From: Raja brachyura
Taxonomy: Eukaryota
Assembly: GCA_963514005.1 (NCBI GenBank)
Contig: OY740790.1
Span: 4,960,001 to 5,024,000 of the forward strand
Length of the DNA stretch: 64,000 bases
Direction: 5' to 3'
Shown: one piece after another, positions 1 through 13,163 of the stretch
Numbering within the stretch: the first letter of the stretch is position 1
Layout: the number at the start of each line of letters is the position of its first letter
Program-made: the position numbers and the translations under genes
Notes under the pieces: model-generated
The model's database searches: none
The model's input: the letters and a program-made list of their open reading frames with translations, nothing else
Told to the model about the DNA's origin: nothing

Positions 1-1167
1 TGAAAAACCCAAAAGGGAGGGAAAAGGCCTAAAGACAAATTCCCGCATTCTGCCTAATAGTCCGTTGGGGCGAATGCTGAACCACTGGGGGGCAGGAAAT
101 ACCCAGGGGTTGGAGAAGACAACAATGATAAGGTATTGTTATTTTGAATGGGCAAAACACCCGATAAAAGGAGCTTAGGTCTGGTGACGAGAGGATGGGT
201 CAGATGAGGATTGGGTACAACAGGCATTGAATGAATATGTGAAAAATAAACCCAATCCAATAATAGAAGAGATCAAGTATGCCACAGTATGGGAACAGGG
301 ATGTAATCTGTTGAAATTAAAATAGGAGTCTGGAGAGTTAAATTCCTTATCACCCTCATGGAATTTACAGGAGAACCTAGCTCCTCCCTATGGACATCCA
401 TCACCCAACGTAGCGCCGCCAATTCGACCCCCGCCTCCACTCGTGGCGACGGGAGTGGAAGAAGTGACACCTGGATCCGTTTTGATGGTAAAAAGAAAGG
501 TCAGGGTGAAACAAGAATTTAATGATGATGTTACTGACGGTGATGACACCGACAGTGACCTACCGGACCCCAGGAGTGAGAAAGAAAAGGGAATAAAGAG
601 ACAGGAGGCTGTCGTGGGAGATGAATTAAAACCCCCGTCACCAGGAGAGGGTGTCAGGAGGTCAGACAGAGTAAGAAGAAGATCGGTAAAAATTAGACCT
701 CTAAGAGAGGTACCCATGGGAGGACCCAAGGGGGAATGAGGCCAGTTCATTGGCTATATTTAAGAGGGAGTTAGATGTAGCCCTTCTGGCTGAGGGGAGA
801 GAAGGAGAGAAGGCAGGTACGGGATACTGAGTTGGATGATCAGCCATGATCATATTGAATGGCGGTGCAGGCTCGAAGGGCCGAATGGCCTACTCCTGCA
901 CCTAATTTCTATGTTTCTATGTTTCTATGTTAATGTCCCCTTAACTAGTACTGAAGTGAGGAATTTCAAAAAGGAAATGAGAAGCCCCCTAGGGGATCCT
1001 TTATGTCTGGCAGAACAGTTAGATCAGTTACTTGGGGCAAACACTTACACATGGGAGGAGTTAATGGCCATTATGGGGAATCTCTTCACATCCGAGGAGA
1101 GGCAAATGATTAGGGTAGCAGCAATGAGAAAGTGGGAACAGGAGAACCCACCAGGGCAGCAAAATAT
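1..1167 (+). pseudogene. gag: ERV gag remnant (MA to N-terminal CA), interrupted by a CR1 3' end and fused by deletion to pol
   Basis: PNSPLGRML...YCYFEW (MA-like) and NVPLTSTEVRNFKKEM...LFTSEERQMI (CA-like); at ~1167 it jumps to LDPVSRGWPGCIQAVAA (RT connection). Confidence 0.85.
737..930 (+). mobile_element. CR1 LINE 3'-end insertion within gag
   Basis: Matches the CR1 3' end at 62449-62638 and ends in (TTTCTATG)n; the same insertion is at 8310-8503. Confidence 0.9.
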
Positions 1168-3222
1168 TAGATCCAGTCTCCAGGGGATGGCCTGGATGCA
1201 TACAAGCGGTAGCAGCTACCGCAATATTGGTAGAAGAGAGTAGAAAATTAACCTTTGGAGGAGCTCTGGTTGTTTCTACGCCACACACGGTGAGAACCAT
1301 ACTCACTCAAAAATCCAACAGATGGTTAACAGACTCTAGACTTTTAAAGTATGAGGCCATCCTGATGGAAAAAGACGATTTGACTATAATTACAGATAAG
1401 AACCTTAACCCATCCCAATTCCTGTATCCAGCAGAGAAACAGGGTGACGAGGAAGAGGACCCAGTACACTGCTGTAGTACAATAATAGATTTACAGACAA
1501 AGAGTAGAGAAGACTTAGAAGAGCAACCTCTGGCTGAGGGCAGCCGGTGGTTTATAGATGGATCCTCCAGGTGCATAGATGGAAAAAGACATAGTGGGTA
1601 CGGTATAGTGAACGGGGAAACTATGGAGGAAATTGAAAATGGCAGGCTACCTGGTAGTTGGTCAGGTCAATCTTGTGAATTATATGCATTAATGAGAGCT
1701 TTGGAACTATTGGAGGGGAAGGAAGGAACAGTGTATACCGATTCAAAATACGCTTTTGGAGTAGTACACACCTTTGGGAAAATCTGGAAAGAGCGAGGAA
1801 TGATAACCACTCGAGGGAAAGAATTAGCACATGAGCAATTGGTAGGCCAGACACTGGAAGCCTTGCAAAAACCAGAACGAATAGCCATAGCACATGTGGC
1901 AGGGCATCAGAAGGGTAACACCCTAGAGGCCAGAGGAAATAGGGCAGTGGATGAGGTTGCAAAAAGAGCAGCCACAGAACAGATGGTAGAAATGAAGTCA
2001 CTAATACCTTTAAGGGGACAAGAGGAAAAGATACCTATCTTTGGTGAGAAAGAGCAGGAACACATGCGAGAAATGGGGGCTCAGCGTATTTCAAATGGGA
2101 AATGGTGGACACCGGATGGAAAGCAGCTATTGAACAAAGAAATAATGAGAGAATTATTAGGGAGGTTGCATGGACAAAGCCATTGGGGAACACAAGCCCT
2201 CTGTGACACCCTCCTCAGAACCTACGCTTGCCGTGGAATGTATACCATGGCCGGACAAGTCATAGGGGGCTGTGTAATATGTCAGCAAATTAACAAAAAA
2301 AAATCATGAGAGCTGTCCCAGGAGGAGGACAACCATTAGCAGTTAGACCCTTCCAGAGAATACAGATAGATTTCACCAAGCTGCCCCGGGTACAAACCTG
2401 AAAGTACCTGTTAGTGATAGTGGACCATTTCACCAGGTGGGTAGAGGCATTCCCCATGACAACTGCCACCTCACAGGTGGTAGCCAAGATATTACTAGAA
2501 CAAATTATACCCAGATATGGGATTGTGGAAACAATGGACTCAGATAGAGGGACCCATTTTGCCTCCAAAACACATAAAATGATATGTGAAGCATTGGGAA
2601 TATTGGGAAGCATTGGGTATGGAAATTGCATGCATCATGGCATCCCCAGAGCTCAGGAAAGATGGAAAGAATGAATAGCACCTTGAAGACCCAAATCACC
2701 AAGTTGATAGAGGAAACAAGACTCCCCTGGACTAAGTGCCTCCCGATAGCCCTGTTAAGAATCCGAACGGCACCTCGAAAAGACATAGGGATATCACCAT
2801 ATAAGATGTTATTTGGGCTCCCATACTTAGGGAAGATAGAAGGAGTTCCAACAATGCGAGGGAACGATGTGTTCCTGAGGAACTATTTACTGGCAGTGTC
2901 CCAATCTCTTGCAGAACTCAAAATTAAAGGATTGGTGGCCCAGAGCCCACCACTGGACTTCCCAATTCACTCAGTCAAGGCTGGAGACTGGGTATTAATA
3001 AAAACGTGGAAAGAAGAAAAGCTGCAACCTAAGTGGACTGGACCCTACCTGGTGTTACTAATCACCGAGACAGCAGTACGAACAAGGGAGAAAGGGTGGA
3101 CACACGCAAGTCGAGTTAAGGGTCCTGTGGAGGCCCCACCAGACAATATCAGCCCGTGGACTGTGTGCAAAGGAAAGGAACCATTGACTTTTATATTTAC
3201 CAGGAACCCACCGGAAAAATGA
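1168..3222 (+). pseudogene. pol: ERV pol remnant: RT connection, RNase H, integrase
   Basis: WFIDGSS, YTDSKYAF (RNase H); HHCC zinc finger (HGQSHWG...CVICQQ); IQIDF, DSDRGTHF, HPQSSGKMERMN (DDE); WTGPY motif; frameshifts near 2305 and 2600. Confidence 0.95.
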
Positions 3223-5130
3223 AGATTTTGTGTTGGTGGGTCGTGTGTTGGGAAATCACCCAACTTGTAAGTAATGTAACATGCATAAAAATCACAATAC
3301 CACAGAATAGAAGGTCCACCACCATCCCATTTGATGTATGTAAAGGAAAATGATGGTGCGGCTATAGAATGTATGTATGCACCCATCCCTGTAAAGATTG
3401 GCATGCGGTGTTCACTTCATCAAAATATGGGTGGCATCGGACCACCTATCAAACTGATAGGTGGAAAGTGTATCAAAACCCGAACGAGAAATTACCAGGA
3501 TGCGTATATGTGAGCATACAGAGTGTTCAAATGCAGGAAAGTGGGAGGTATTGGACATGTGCAGATACAACAGGGAAGGATGCATGTCTGAAGTTTGAGA
3601 TAGAAGTGAAGCGGGATGGAGAGATGGTAAGATATGAGGAGAAGGGAGAGGTGTTCAAGATAGATGACAGTCAGAATAGGGATCCCGGGGCAACACCAGC
3701 ACCACCAGCAGTTAGCAATGTAAATAGGGAAAATGAGCCGAAGGATCTGAAGATAATGATAGTAGCAGGAGAAACAGGATTAAGGCAGTTATATGAGAAG
3801 GGAACACCAACAGGGGGAAAAGGAGCCAACACCTGGCTAGCCTGGATGATGTACACAGCCAGAAGTATACAACGAACCAATTGTTACACCTGCGCCGGAG
3901 CCAGACCTCAGCTGGTCCCAGTACCATTTCCCCAGAATTGGGATAGAACACCTGGGGTTATGTCATGTATACTACAGCTATTTACGAATCCCCTCTTACC
4001 AAAGAATGCGATATGCCAGAGTTATCATTACCTATTTCCGACCAGCAACAACAATACGAAGGGCCGAAAGGAAGACCCTAGACCTCCTCCATTTACCATT
4101 CCTCTTGGGGAGGAGGGATTTGAGTGCTATACAAGAGATAACCCAGAGGGACAGGACATGGGGAAGGTGCTCAACTGCAATCAGACGTATAACATAACAG
4201 CTGAGGAACTGGGGCCACTGTTCAATAGCTCCTGGCTGAGAAAGCAGATAGTCAGTAGAGCTGATGTCTGGTGGTGGTGCGGGGAGAATACCCTGTGGCC
4301 CCGGTCACCAGGGTCATGGACGGTAACCTGTACCCTCATACAACTGATGATGCCCTTTACCATAGCAGTAGAACATGCTGTAGAACTCAAGGAAGGAAAC
4401 CGACGACAAAAGAGAAAGGTGAAAGGATCATTCGACACACACATCTATATAGATGCGATAGGAGTGCCAAGAGGGGTACCCTATGAATTCAAAGTCAGAA
4501 ACCAGATAGCTGCGGGCTTTGAGTCCATGTTCTTCTGGTGATCCACAATTAATAAACATGTGGACTGGATCAACTACTTATACTACAATCAACAAGGCTT
4601 TATAAATTACACTCGAGATGCAGTTGAAGGATTAGCGGAACAACTGACAGCTACCAGCCAAATGACCTGGCAAAATCGCATGGCCTTGGACATGCTACTG
4701 GCTGAGAAGGGAGGGGTGTGTGTAATGTTTGGTGAACAATGTTGCACATTCATCCCCAACAACACTGCTCCGGATGGGTCAGTGTCAAGAGCCCTAGCAG
4801 GTCTCACCTCTCTGTCTTGGCCTCGAATTGGCTGAGAACTCTGGAGTAGACACCTCCTGGACTGGGTTTCTAGAATCCTGGTTTGGGAAATGGAAGCACA
4901 TCTTTACATCAACCCTAACATCAGTGGTAGTCATGGTGGGGTTACTGTGTTTGTTTGGATGCTGTATCATTCCCTGCGTACGGGGGTTGGCCCAGCGATT
5001 GATAGAAACAGCCCTGACAAAGAACAGTGCTGCCACCATAATGGCTTTCAGAACACAGTATGACCAACGAGAGGTGGACATGGAGGTGAAGAATCTGTTG
5101 ATAGCATTAGAAAAGGAGGATGTAGTGTAA
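3219..5130 (+). pseudogene. env: ERV env (gamma-type), disrupted
   Basis: Signal peptide MKILCWW, CYTC CXXC, furin site RQKR, immunosuppressive domain QNRMALDMLLAEKGGVC, CX6CC, TM helix; stops at 3351 and 4539, frameshift near 4815. Confidence 0.95.
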
Positions 5131-5166
5131 ATCAAAAAGTGGTGTGGCAAAAAGAAAATGATGGAT

Positions 5167-5613
5167 TGTGAGAAAAGGGGTTAACAGACATGGTTGATTT
5201 AAACTAGGAATAGAAAAATATAGCTGAGAAAGAAATAAGGTTTCAACAAAGCCAGACTGTTAGTGGGATAGAAAGTAACGACAGATAGAACAGAGAGAAC
5301 TTTGAGATAAAAAGTAGCAAATAGATAGAACCTTCAGTATAAGCCTTTGACGTCAGGAGACGTTCTGAGGCGTTCCTGGACTTTCTCGTGGGAATGTGGG
5401 CTTTATGTTATAATTAAAAAGAGGCAAAATGGTGAGAAAAGAGGGTGTGGCTATAATGTAATGAAATGAATAAAGATAGAATACATCCCGACCCTCGGGG
5501 TGCCTCTAGGGGGCAGCAAAGGAGAGGCACCTATTCTGCAGAATATTATCTTAATAAAAGCTTCTTTGCTGACTTTGTCTCAAACAGCGTTTGTGATTTG
5601 TTTATATCTCACA
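5167..5613 (+). repeat. 3' LTR of provirus A
   Basis: TGTGAGA...TCTCACA inverted termini, preceded by a purine tract, AATAAA at ~5553; related copies at 9592-10033 and 15600-16069. Confidence 0.92.
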
Positions 5614-5845
5614 ATTACAATAGACAATAGACAATAGACATTAGGTGCAGGAGCAGGTCATTCGGCCCTTCGAGCCAGCACCACTATTCAATGTGATCAT
5701 GGCTGATCATCCCCAATCAGTACCCCATTCCTGCCTTCTCCCCATATCCCCTGACTCCGCTATTTTTAAGAGCCCGATCTAGCTCTCTCTTGAAAGCATC
5801 CGGAGAACCTGCCTCCACCGCCCTCTGAGGCAGACAATTCCACAG

Positions 5846-6688
5846 ACCAATTCAAGACGGTGATAACTGGAGAGCACTTTTCAAAAATCTACATAAAGAC
5901 ATCCCAATAAATAAAATAAACAAATTATTCTCATATCAAATAAAAACTCCAAACATTAGAAACAATCTTTAAAGATTATCAAAATCCTGTTGATTTCCAA
6001 ATTACTTTGGAAGAATTGACCATAAAAATAAAATCTCTCCATTCAAAGAAAGCCTGTGGACCGGACAGCAATGAAATGAAAAGCTCAAGTACAGCACTCC
6101 GGTGATGTACGACATAGTGCATAGGCTGTTCAACATCTCACTACGTTCAGGTTATTTCCCTGATATTTTGTGTCAAGGGTTTATTTCGCCCATTTATAAG
6201 AGTGGAAACAAATTAGACCCAAATAATTATCGTGGGAGCTGTGTCAATAGCTGCCTAGGGAAGTTGTTCTGTAGTATCATAAATAACAGAATGCAGGATT
6301 TCCTTAACATATACAACATTCTCAGTAAAAATCAAATTGTCTTCCTCCCAAAACACCGTACCATTGACTAAATCTATGCGCTCCACACTCTCATTGAATA
6401 ACATATACTCCAAGCAAAAAATGGTAAAATATTTACCTGGTTTATTGACTTTGAGAAAGCATTTGACTCTATTTGGCACGAAGGGCTCTATTACAAACTT
6501 TTCTGTTGTGGTATAGGAGGAAAGGTATATGACCTTATCAAATCAATGTATGTGAATAATAAATATGACGTTAAAATTGTGGAAAATGCACTGATCTCTT
6601 CGCCCAGAGACGAGGCGTCCGGCAAGGCTGCAATCCGAGCCTGACACTGTTTAATGTATATATAAACGATTTCGCAGTAAAGTTGGAC
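5846..6688 (+). mobile_element. Non-LTR retrotransposon RT fragment (L2/Crack-like, clade uncertain)
   Basis: PIYKSGNKLDPNNYRG, NQI.F, F.DFEKAFD motifs; duplicated at 16304-17066. Confidence 0.75.
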
Positions 6689-7164
6689 NNNNNNNNNNNN
6701 NNNNNNNNNNNNNNNNNNNNNNNNNNNNNNNNNNNNNNNNNNNNNNNNNNNNNNNNNNNNNNNNNNNNNNNNNNNNNNNNNNNNNNNNNNNNNNNNNNNN
6801 NNNNNNNNNNNNNNNNNNNNNNNNNNNNNNNNNNNNNNNNNNNNNNNNNNNNNNNNNNNNNNNNNNNNNNNNNNNNNNNNNNNNNNNNNNNNNNNNNNNN
6901 NNNNNNCAGAATAGCAAGTTTAGCAATTCAATATTAATTTCTTAGTGTCAGTTAATGTCAATTAGTGTATGTGTGCATGTTGGTCATTCACGTTATGTAT
7001 GACATGCTGTTACGTGTAGTGCACCAAGATGTGCCGTATTTCCTTCACCAAGGATGTTTATATATATAAACAGGCCTTTCCGAGTGACTGACAAAAACAG
7101 CATATGATTGCATTGAATTAGTACTTTTGATATTGTTGACATGATTGCACTGAATTAGTACTTG

Positions 7165-9591
7165 GGAGAGGCACCTATTTTGCAGAATATTATCTTAATA
7201 AAAGCTTCTTTGCTGACTTTGTCTCAAACAGCGTTTGTGATCTTTTAATATCTCACAATTTGGGGGCTCAGTTCCGGTATTTAATTACTCTGGGCACCTG
7301 ACGGAGGTACACGGACGAAGAGAAGGTGCACCCCGCTGAGTTCAGCGGTCTCAGACTCCTTGCTTACCGTCAGAAGGTTTGAGCGAGTGATGGCCGGACC
7401 AAACAGAGAACTCAGCAAAGAAGTGAAGATGGTTGGAGATTGGTTGGAAATCGCGAAAACCGAGTAATTCTGTGCACAGATCCCGGTTAGAAACTTTGAC
7501 TATTATAGTATAACCTGGGCGATTTGATAAAAGATCGGAGAGGAATTCCGATCAAGATAATGGGAAATGTAAGTGAAAAACCCAAAAGGGAGGGAAAAGG
7601 CCTAAAGACAAATTCCCGCATTCTGCCTAATAGTCCGTTGGGGCGAATGCTGAACCACTGGGGGGCAGGAAATACCCAGGGGTTGGAGAAGACAACAATG
7701 ATAAGGTATTGTTATTTTGAATGGGCAAAACACCCGATAAAAGGAGCTTAGGTCTGGTGACGAGAGGATGGGTCAGATGAGGATTGGGTACAACAGGCAT
7801 TGAATGAATATGTGAAAAATAAACCCAATCCAATAATAGAAGAGATCAAGTATGCCACAGTATGGGAACAGGGATGTAATCTGTTGAAATTAAAATAGGA
7901 GTCTGGAGAGTTAAATTCCTTATCACCCTCATGGAATTTACAGGAGAACCTAGCTCCTCCCTATGGACATCCATCACCCAACGTAGCGCCGCCAATTCGA
8001 CCCCCGCCTCCACTCGTGGCGACGGGAGTGGAAGAAGTGACACCTGGATCCGTTTTGATGGTAAAAAGAAAGGTCAGGGTGAAACAAGAATTTAATGATG
8101 ATGTTACTGACGGTGATGACACCGACAGTGACCTACCGGACCCCAGGAGTGAGAAAGAAAAGGGAATAAAGAGACAGGAGGCTGTCGTGGGAGATGAATT
8201 AAAACCCCCGTCACCAGGAGAGGGTGTCAGGAGGTCAGACAGAGTAAGAAGAAGATCGGTAAAAATTAGACCTCTAAGAGAGGTACCCATGGGAGGACCC
8301 AAGGGGGAATGAGGCCAGTTCATTGGCTATATTTAAGAGGGAGTTAGATGTAGCCCTTCTGGCTGAGGGGAGAGAAGGAGAGAAGGCAGGTACGGGATAC
8401 TGAGTTGGATGATCAGCCATGATCATATTGAATGGCGGTGCAGGCTCGAAGGGCCGAATGGCCTACTCCTGCACCTAATTTCTATGTTTCTATGTTTCTA
8501 TGTTAATGTCCCCTTAACTAGTACTGAAGTGAGGAATTTCAAAAAGGAAATGAGAAGCCTCCTAGGGGATCCTTTATATCTGGCAGAACAATTAGATCAG
8601 TTCCTTGGGCCAAACACTTACACATGGGAGGAGTTAATGGCCATTATGGGGAATCTCTTCACATCCGAGGAGAGGCAAATGATTAGGGTAGCAGCAATGA
8701 GAAAGTGGGAACAGGAGAACCCACCAGGGCAGCAAAATATTAGATCCAGTCTCCAGGGGATGGCCTGGATGCATACAAGCGGTAGCAGCTACCGCAATAT
8801 TGGTAGAAGAGAGTGGAAAATTAACCTTTGGAGGAGCTCTGGTTGTTTCTACGCCACACACGGTGAGAACCATACTCACTCAAAAATCCAACAGATGGTT
8901 AACAGACTCTAGACTTTTAAAGTATGAGGCCATCCTGATGGAAAAAGACGATTTGACTATAATTACAGATAAGAACCTTAACCCATCCCAATTCCTGTAT
9001 CCAGCAGAGAAACAGGGTGACGAGGAAGAGGACCCAGTACACTGCTGTAGTACAATAATAGATTTACAGACAAAGAGTAGAGAAGACTAAGAAGAGCAAC
9101 CTCTGGCTGAGGGCAGCCGGTGGTTTATAGATGGATCCTCCAGGTGCACAGATGGAAAAAGACATAGTGGGTACGGTATAGTGAACGGGGAAACTATGGA
9201 GGAAATTGAAAATGGCAGGCTACCTGGTAGTTGGTCAGCTCAATCTTGTGAATTATATGCATTAATGAGAGCTTTGGAACTATTGGAGGGGAAGGAAGGA
9301 ACAGTGTATACCGATTCAAAATACGCTTTTGGAGCAGTACACACCTTTGGGAAAATCTGGAAAGAGCGAGGAATGATAACCACTCGAGGGAAAGAATTAG
9401 CACATGAGCAAATAGTAGGCCAGACACTGGAAGCCTTGCAAAAACCAGAACGAATAGCCATAGCACATGTGGCAAGGCATCAGAAGGGTAACACCCTAGA
9501 GGCCAGAGAAAATAGGGCAGTGGATGAGGTTGCAAAAAGAGCAGCCACAGAACAGATGGTAGAAATGAAGTCACTAATACCTTTAAGGGGA
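7165..9591 (+). mobile_element. Provirus A' 5' part (R-U5, PBS, leader, gag, pol to RNase H); duplicate of provirus A
   Basis: 7574-9591 aligns with 1-2018 (offset 7573) and shares the CR1 insertion and the gag/pol deletion. Confidence 0.93.
7261..7280 (+). promoter_or_regulatory. Primer binding site, tRNA-Pro type
   Basis: TGGGGGCTCAGTTCCGGTAT just after the LTR end (CA at 7257); resembles the MLV-type Pro PBS TGGGGGCTCGTCCGGGAT. Confidence 0.85.
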
Positions 9592-10033
9592 TGTGAGATA
9601 TAAAAAAATCACAAATGCTGTTTGAGACAAAGTCAGCAAAGAAGCTTTTATTAAGATAATATTCTGCAGAATAGGTGCCTCTCCTTTGCTGTCCCCTAGA
9701 GGCACACCGAGGGTCAGGATGTATTCTATCTTTATACATTTCATTACATTATAGCCACACCCTCTTTTCTCACCATTTTGCCTGTTTTTAATTATAACAT
9801 AAAGCCCACATTCCCACGAGAAAGTCCAGGAACGCCTCGGAACATCTCCTGACGTCAAAGGCTTATACTGAAGGTTCTATCTATTTGCTACTTTCTATCT
9901 CAAAGTTCTCTCTATCTGTCGTGACTTTCTATCCCACTAACAGTCTGGCTTTGTTGAAACCTTATTTATTTCTAAGCTATATTTTTCTATTCCTAGTTTA
10001 ATTCAACCATGTCTGTTAACCCCTTTTCTCACA
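9592..10033 (-). repeat. 3' LTR of provirus B
   Basis: Reverse complement of the 5167-5613 LTR with intact TG...CA ends. Confidence 0.92.
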
Positions 10034-10069
10034 ATCCATCATTTTCTTTTTGCCACACAACTTTTTGAT

Positions 10070-11942
10070 TTACACTACATCCTCCTTTTCTAATGCTATC
10101 AACAGATTCTTCGCCTCCATATCCCCCTCTCGTTGGTCATAATGTGTTCTGAAAGCCATTATGGTGGCAGCGCTGTTCTTTGTCAGGGCTGTTTCTATCA
10201 TTCGCTGGGCCAACCCCCGTACGCAGGGAATGATACAGCATCCAAACAAACACAGTAACCCCACCATGACTACCACTGATGTTAGGGTTGATGTAAAGAT
10301 GTGCTTCCATTTCCCAAACCAGGATTCTAGAAACCCAGTCCAGGAGGTGTCTACTCCAGAGTTCTCAGCCAATTCGATAGACAGAGAGGTGAGACCTGCT
10401 AGGGCTCTTGACACTGACCCATCCGGAGCAGTGTTGTTGGGGATGAATGTGCAACATTGTTCGCCAAACATTACATACACCCCTCCCTTCTCAGCCAGTA
10501 GCATGTCCAAGGCCATGCGATTTTGCCAGGTCGTTTGGCTGGTAGCTGTCAGTTGTTCCGCTAATCCTTCAACTGCATCTCGAGTGTAATTTATAAAGCA
10601 TTGTTGATTGTCGTAGAAGTAGTTGATCCAGTCCACATTTTTATTAATTGTGGGCCACCATAAGAGCATGGACTCAAAGCCTGCAGCTATCTGCTTTCTG
10701 GCTTTGAATTCATCGGGTACCCCTCTTGGCACTCCTATCGCATCTATATAGATGTGTGTGTCAAATGATCCTTTCACCTTTCTCTTTTGTCGTCGGTTTC
10801 CTTCCTTGAGTTCTACAGCATGTTCTACTGCTATGGTAAAGGGCATCATCAGTTGTATGAGGGTACAGGTTCCCGTCCATGACCCTGGTAACCGGGGCCA
10901 CAGGGTATTCTCCCCGCACCACCACCAGACATCAGCTCTACTGACTATCTGCTTTCTCAGCCAGGAGCTATTGAACAGTGGCCCCTGTTGAGCACCTTCC
11001 CCATGTCCTGTCCCTCTGGGTTATCTCTTGTATAGCACTCAAATCCCTCCTCCCCAAGAGGAATGGTAAATGGAGGAGGTCTAGGGTCTTCCCTTCGGCC
11101 CTTCGTATTATTGTTGCTGGTCGGAAATAGGTAATGATAACTCTGGCATATTGCATTCTTTGGTAAGGGGATTCATGAATAGCTGTAGTATACATGACAT
11201 AGCCCCAGGTGTTCTATCCCAATTCAGAAAAAAATGGTACAGGGACCAGCTGAGGCCTGGCTCTGGCGCAGGCGTAACAATTGGTTTGTTGTATACTTCT
11301 AGCTGTGTACATCATCCAGGCTATCCAGGTGTTGGCTCCTGTTCCCCCTGTTGGTATTCCCTTCTCATATAACTGCCTTAATCACGTTTCTCCTGCTACT
11401 ATCATTATCTTCAGATCCTTAGGCTCATTTTCCCTATTTACATTGCTGACTGCTGGTGGTGCTGGTGTTGCCCCGGGATCCCTATTCTGACTGTCATCTA
11501 TCTTGACCACCTCTCCCTTCTCCTCATATCTTACCATCTCTCCATCCCACTTCACTTCTATCTCAAACTTCAGACATGCATCCTTCCTTGTTCTATCTGC
11601 ACATATCCAATATCGACCACTTTCCTGCATTTAAACACTCTGTGTGCTCACATATACGAGTCCTGGTAATTTCTCGTTTGGGTTTTGATACACTTTCCAC
11701 CTATCAGTTTGATAGGTGGTCCGATGCCACCCATATTTTGATGAAGTGAACACCGCGTGCCAATCTTTACAGGGATGGGTGCATACATACATTCTATAGC
11801 CGCACCACCATTTCCCTTTACATACATCAAATGGGATGGTGGTGGACCTTCTATTCTGTGGTATTGTGATTTTTATGCATGTTACATTACTTACAAGCTG
11901 GGTGATTTCCCAACACACGACCCACCAACATAAAATCTTCAT
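10070..11942 (-). pseudogene. env: env of provirus B; SU disrupted, TM subunit ORF open (10070-10849)
   Basis: RQKR, QNRMALDMLLAEKGG, TM helix; stop at 11631 plus a frameshift and deletion in SU. Confidence 0.92.
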
Positions 11943-13163
11943 TTTTCCTGCGTGTTCCTGGTAAATATAAAAGTCAATGATTCCTCTCCTTTGCGCACAG
12001 TCCACGGGCTGATATTGTCTGGTGGGGCCTCCACAGGACCCTTGCGTGTGTCCATCTTTTCTCGTACTGCTCTCGTACTGTTCGTACTGCTGTCTCGGTG
12101 ATTAGTAACACCAGGTTGCAGCTTTTCTTCTTTCCACGTTTTTTATTTATACGCAGTCTCCAGCCTTGACTGAGTGAATCGGGAAGTCCAGTGGTGGGCT
12201 CTGTGCCAGCAATCCTTTAATTTTTAGTTCTGCAAGAGATTGGGACACTGCCAGTAAATAGTTCCTTAAGAATACATCACTGCCCTCGCATTGTTGGAAC
12301 TCCTTCTATCTTCCCTAAGTATGGGAGCCCAAATAACATCTCATATGGTGATATCCCTATGTCTTTTCGAGGTGCCGTTCGGATTCTTAACAAGGCTATC
12401 GGGAGGCACTTAGTCCAGAGGAGTCTTGTTTCCTCTATCAACTTGGTGATTTGGGTCTTCAAGGTGCTATTCATTCTTTCCACCTTTCCTGAGGTCTGGG
12501 GATGCCATTGTGTATGCAATTTCCATTCTATTCCCAGTGCTTCACATGTCATTTTATGTGTTTTGGAGGCAAAATGGGTCCCTCTATCTGAGTCGATTGT
12601 TTCCATAATCCCATATCTAGGTATAATTTGTTCTAGTAATATCTTGGCTACCGCCTGTGAGGTGGCAGTTGTCGTGGGGAATGCCTCTACCCACCTGGTG
12701 AAATGGTCCACTATCACTAACAGGTACTTCCATGTTTTTACCTGGGGCAGCTCGGTGAAATCTATCTGTATTCTCTGGAAGGGCCTAACTGATAATGGTT
12801 GTCCTCCTCCTGGGACTGCTCTCATGATTTTTTTGTTAATTCGCTGACCTATTACACAGCCCCCTATGACTTGTCCGGCCATGGTATACATTCCACGGCA
12901 AGAGTAGGTTCTGAGGAGGGTGTCACAGAGGGCTTGTGTTCCCCAATGGCTTTGTCCATGCAACCTCCCTAATAATTCTCTCATTATTTCTTTGTTCAAT
13001 AGCTGCTTTCCATCCAGTGTCCACCATTTCCCATTTGAAGTATGCTGAGCCCCCATTTCTCGCATGTGTTCCTGCTCTTTCTCACTAAAGATAGGTATCT
13101 TTTCCTATTGTCCCCTTAAAGGTATTAGTGACTTCATTTCTACCATCTGTTCTGTGGCTGCTC
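11939..13163 (-). pseudogene. pol: Integrase region of provirus B
   Basis: ORF 12277-13065 with HGQSHWG, IQIDFTEL, DSDRGTHF, ERMN. Confidence 0.9.

Larger units (their letters stand above)
1..5613 (+). mobile_element. Endogenous retrovirus, provirus A (class I, gamma/epsilon-like), defective, 5' end outside the window
   Basis: gag fragment, then pol (RT connection, RNase H, integrase), env, purine-rich PPT and a 3' LTR; multiple stops and frameshifts. Confidence 0.95.

Noticed and set aside
3369-4541. Intact co-opted env (syncytin-like) gene
   Set aside because: Stops at 3351 and 4539 and a frameshift near 4815 break it
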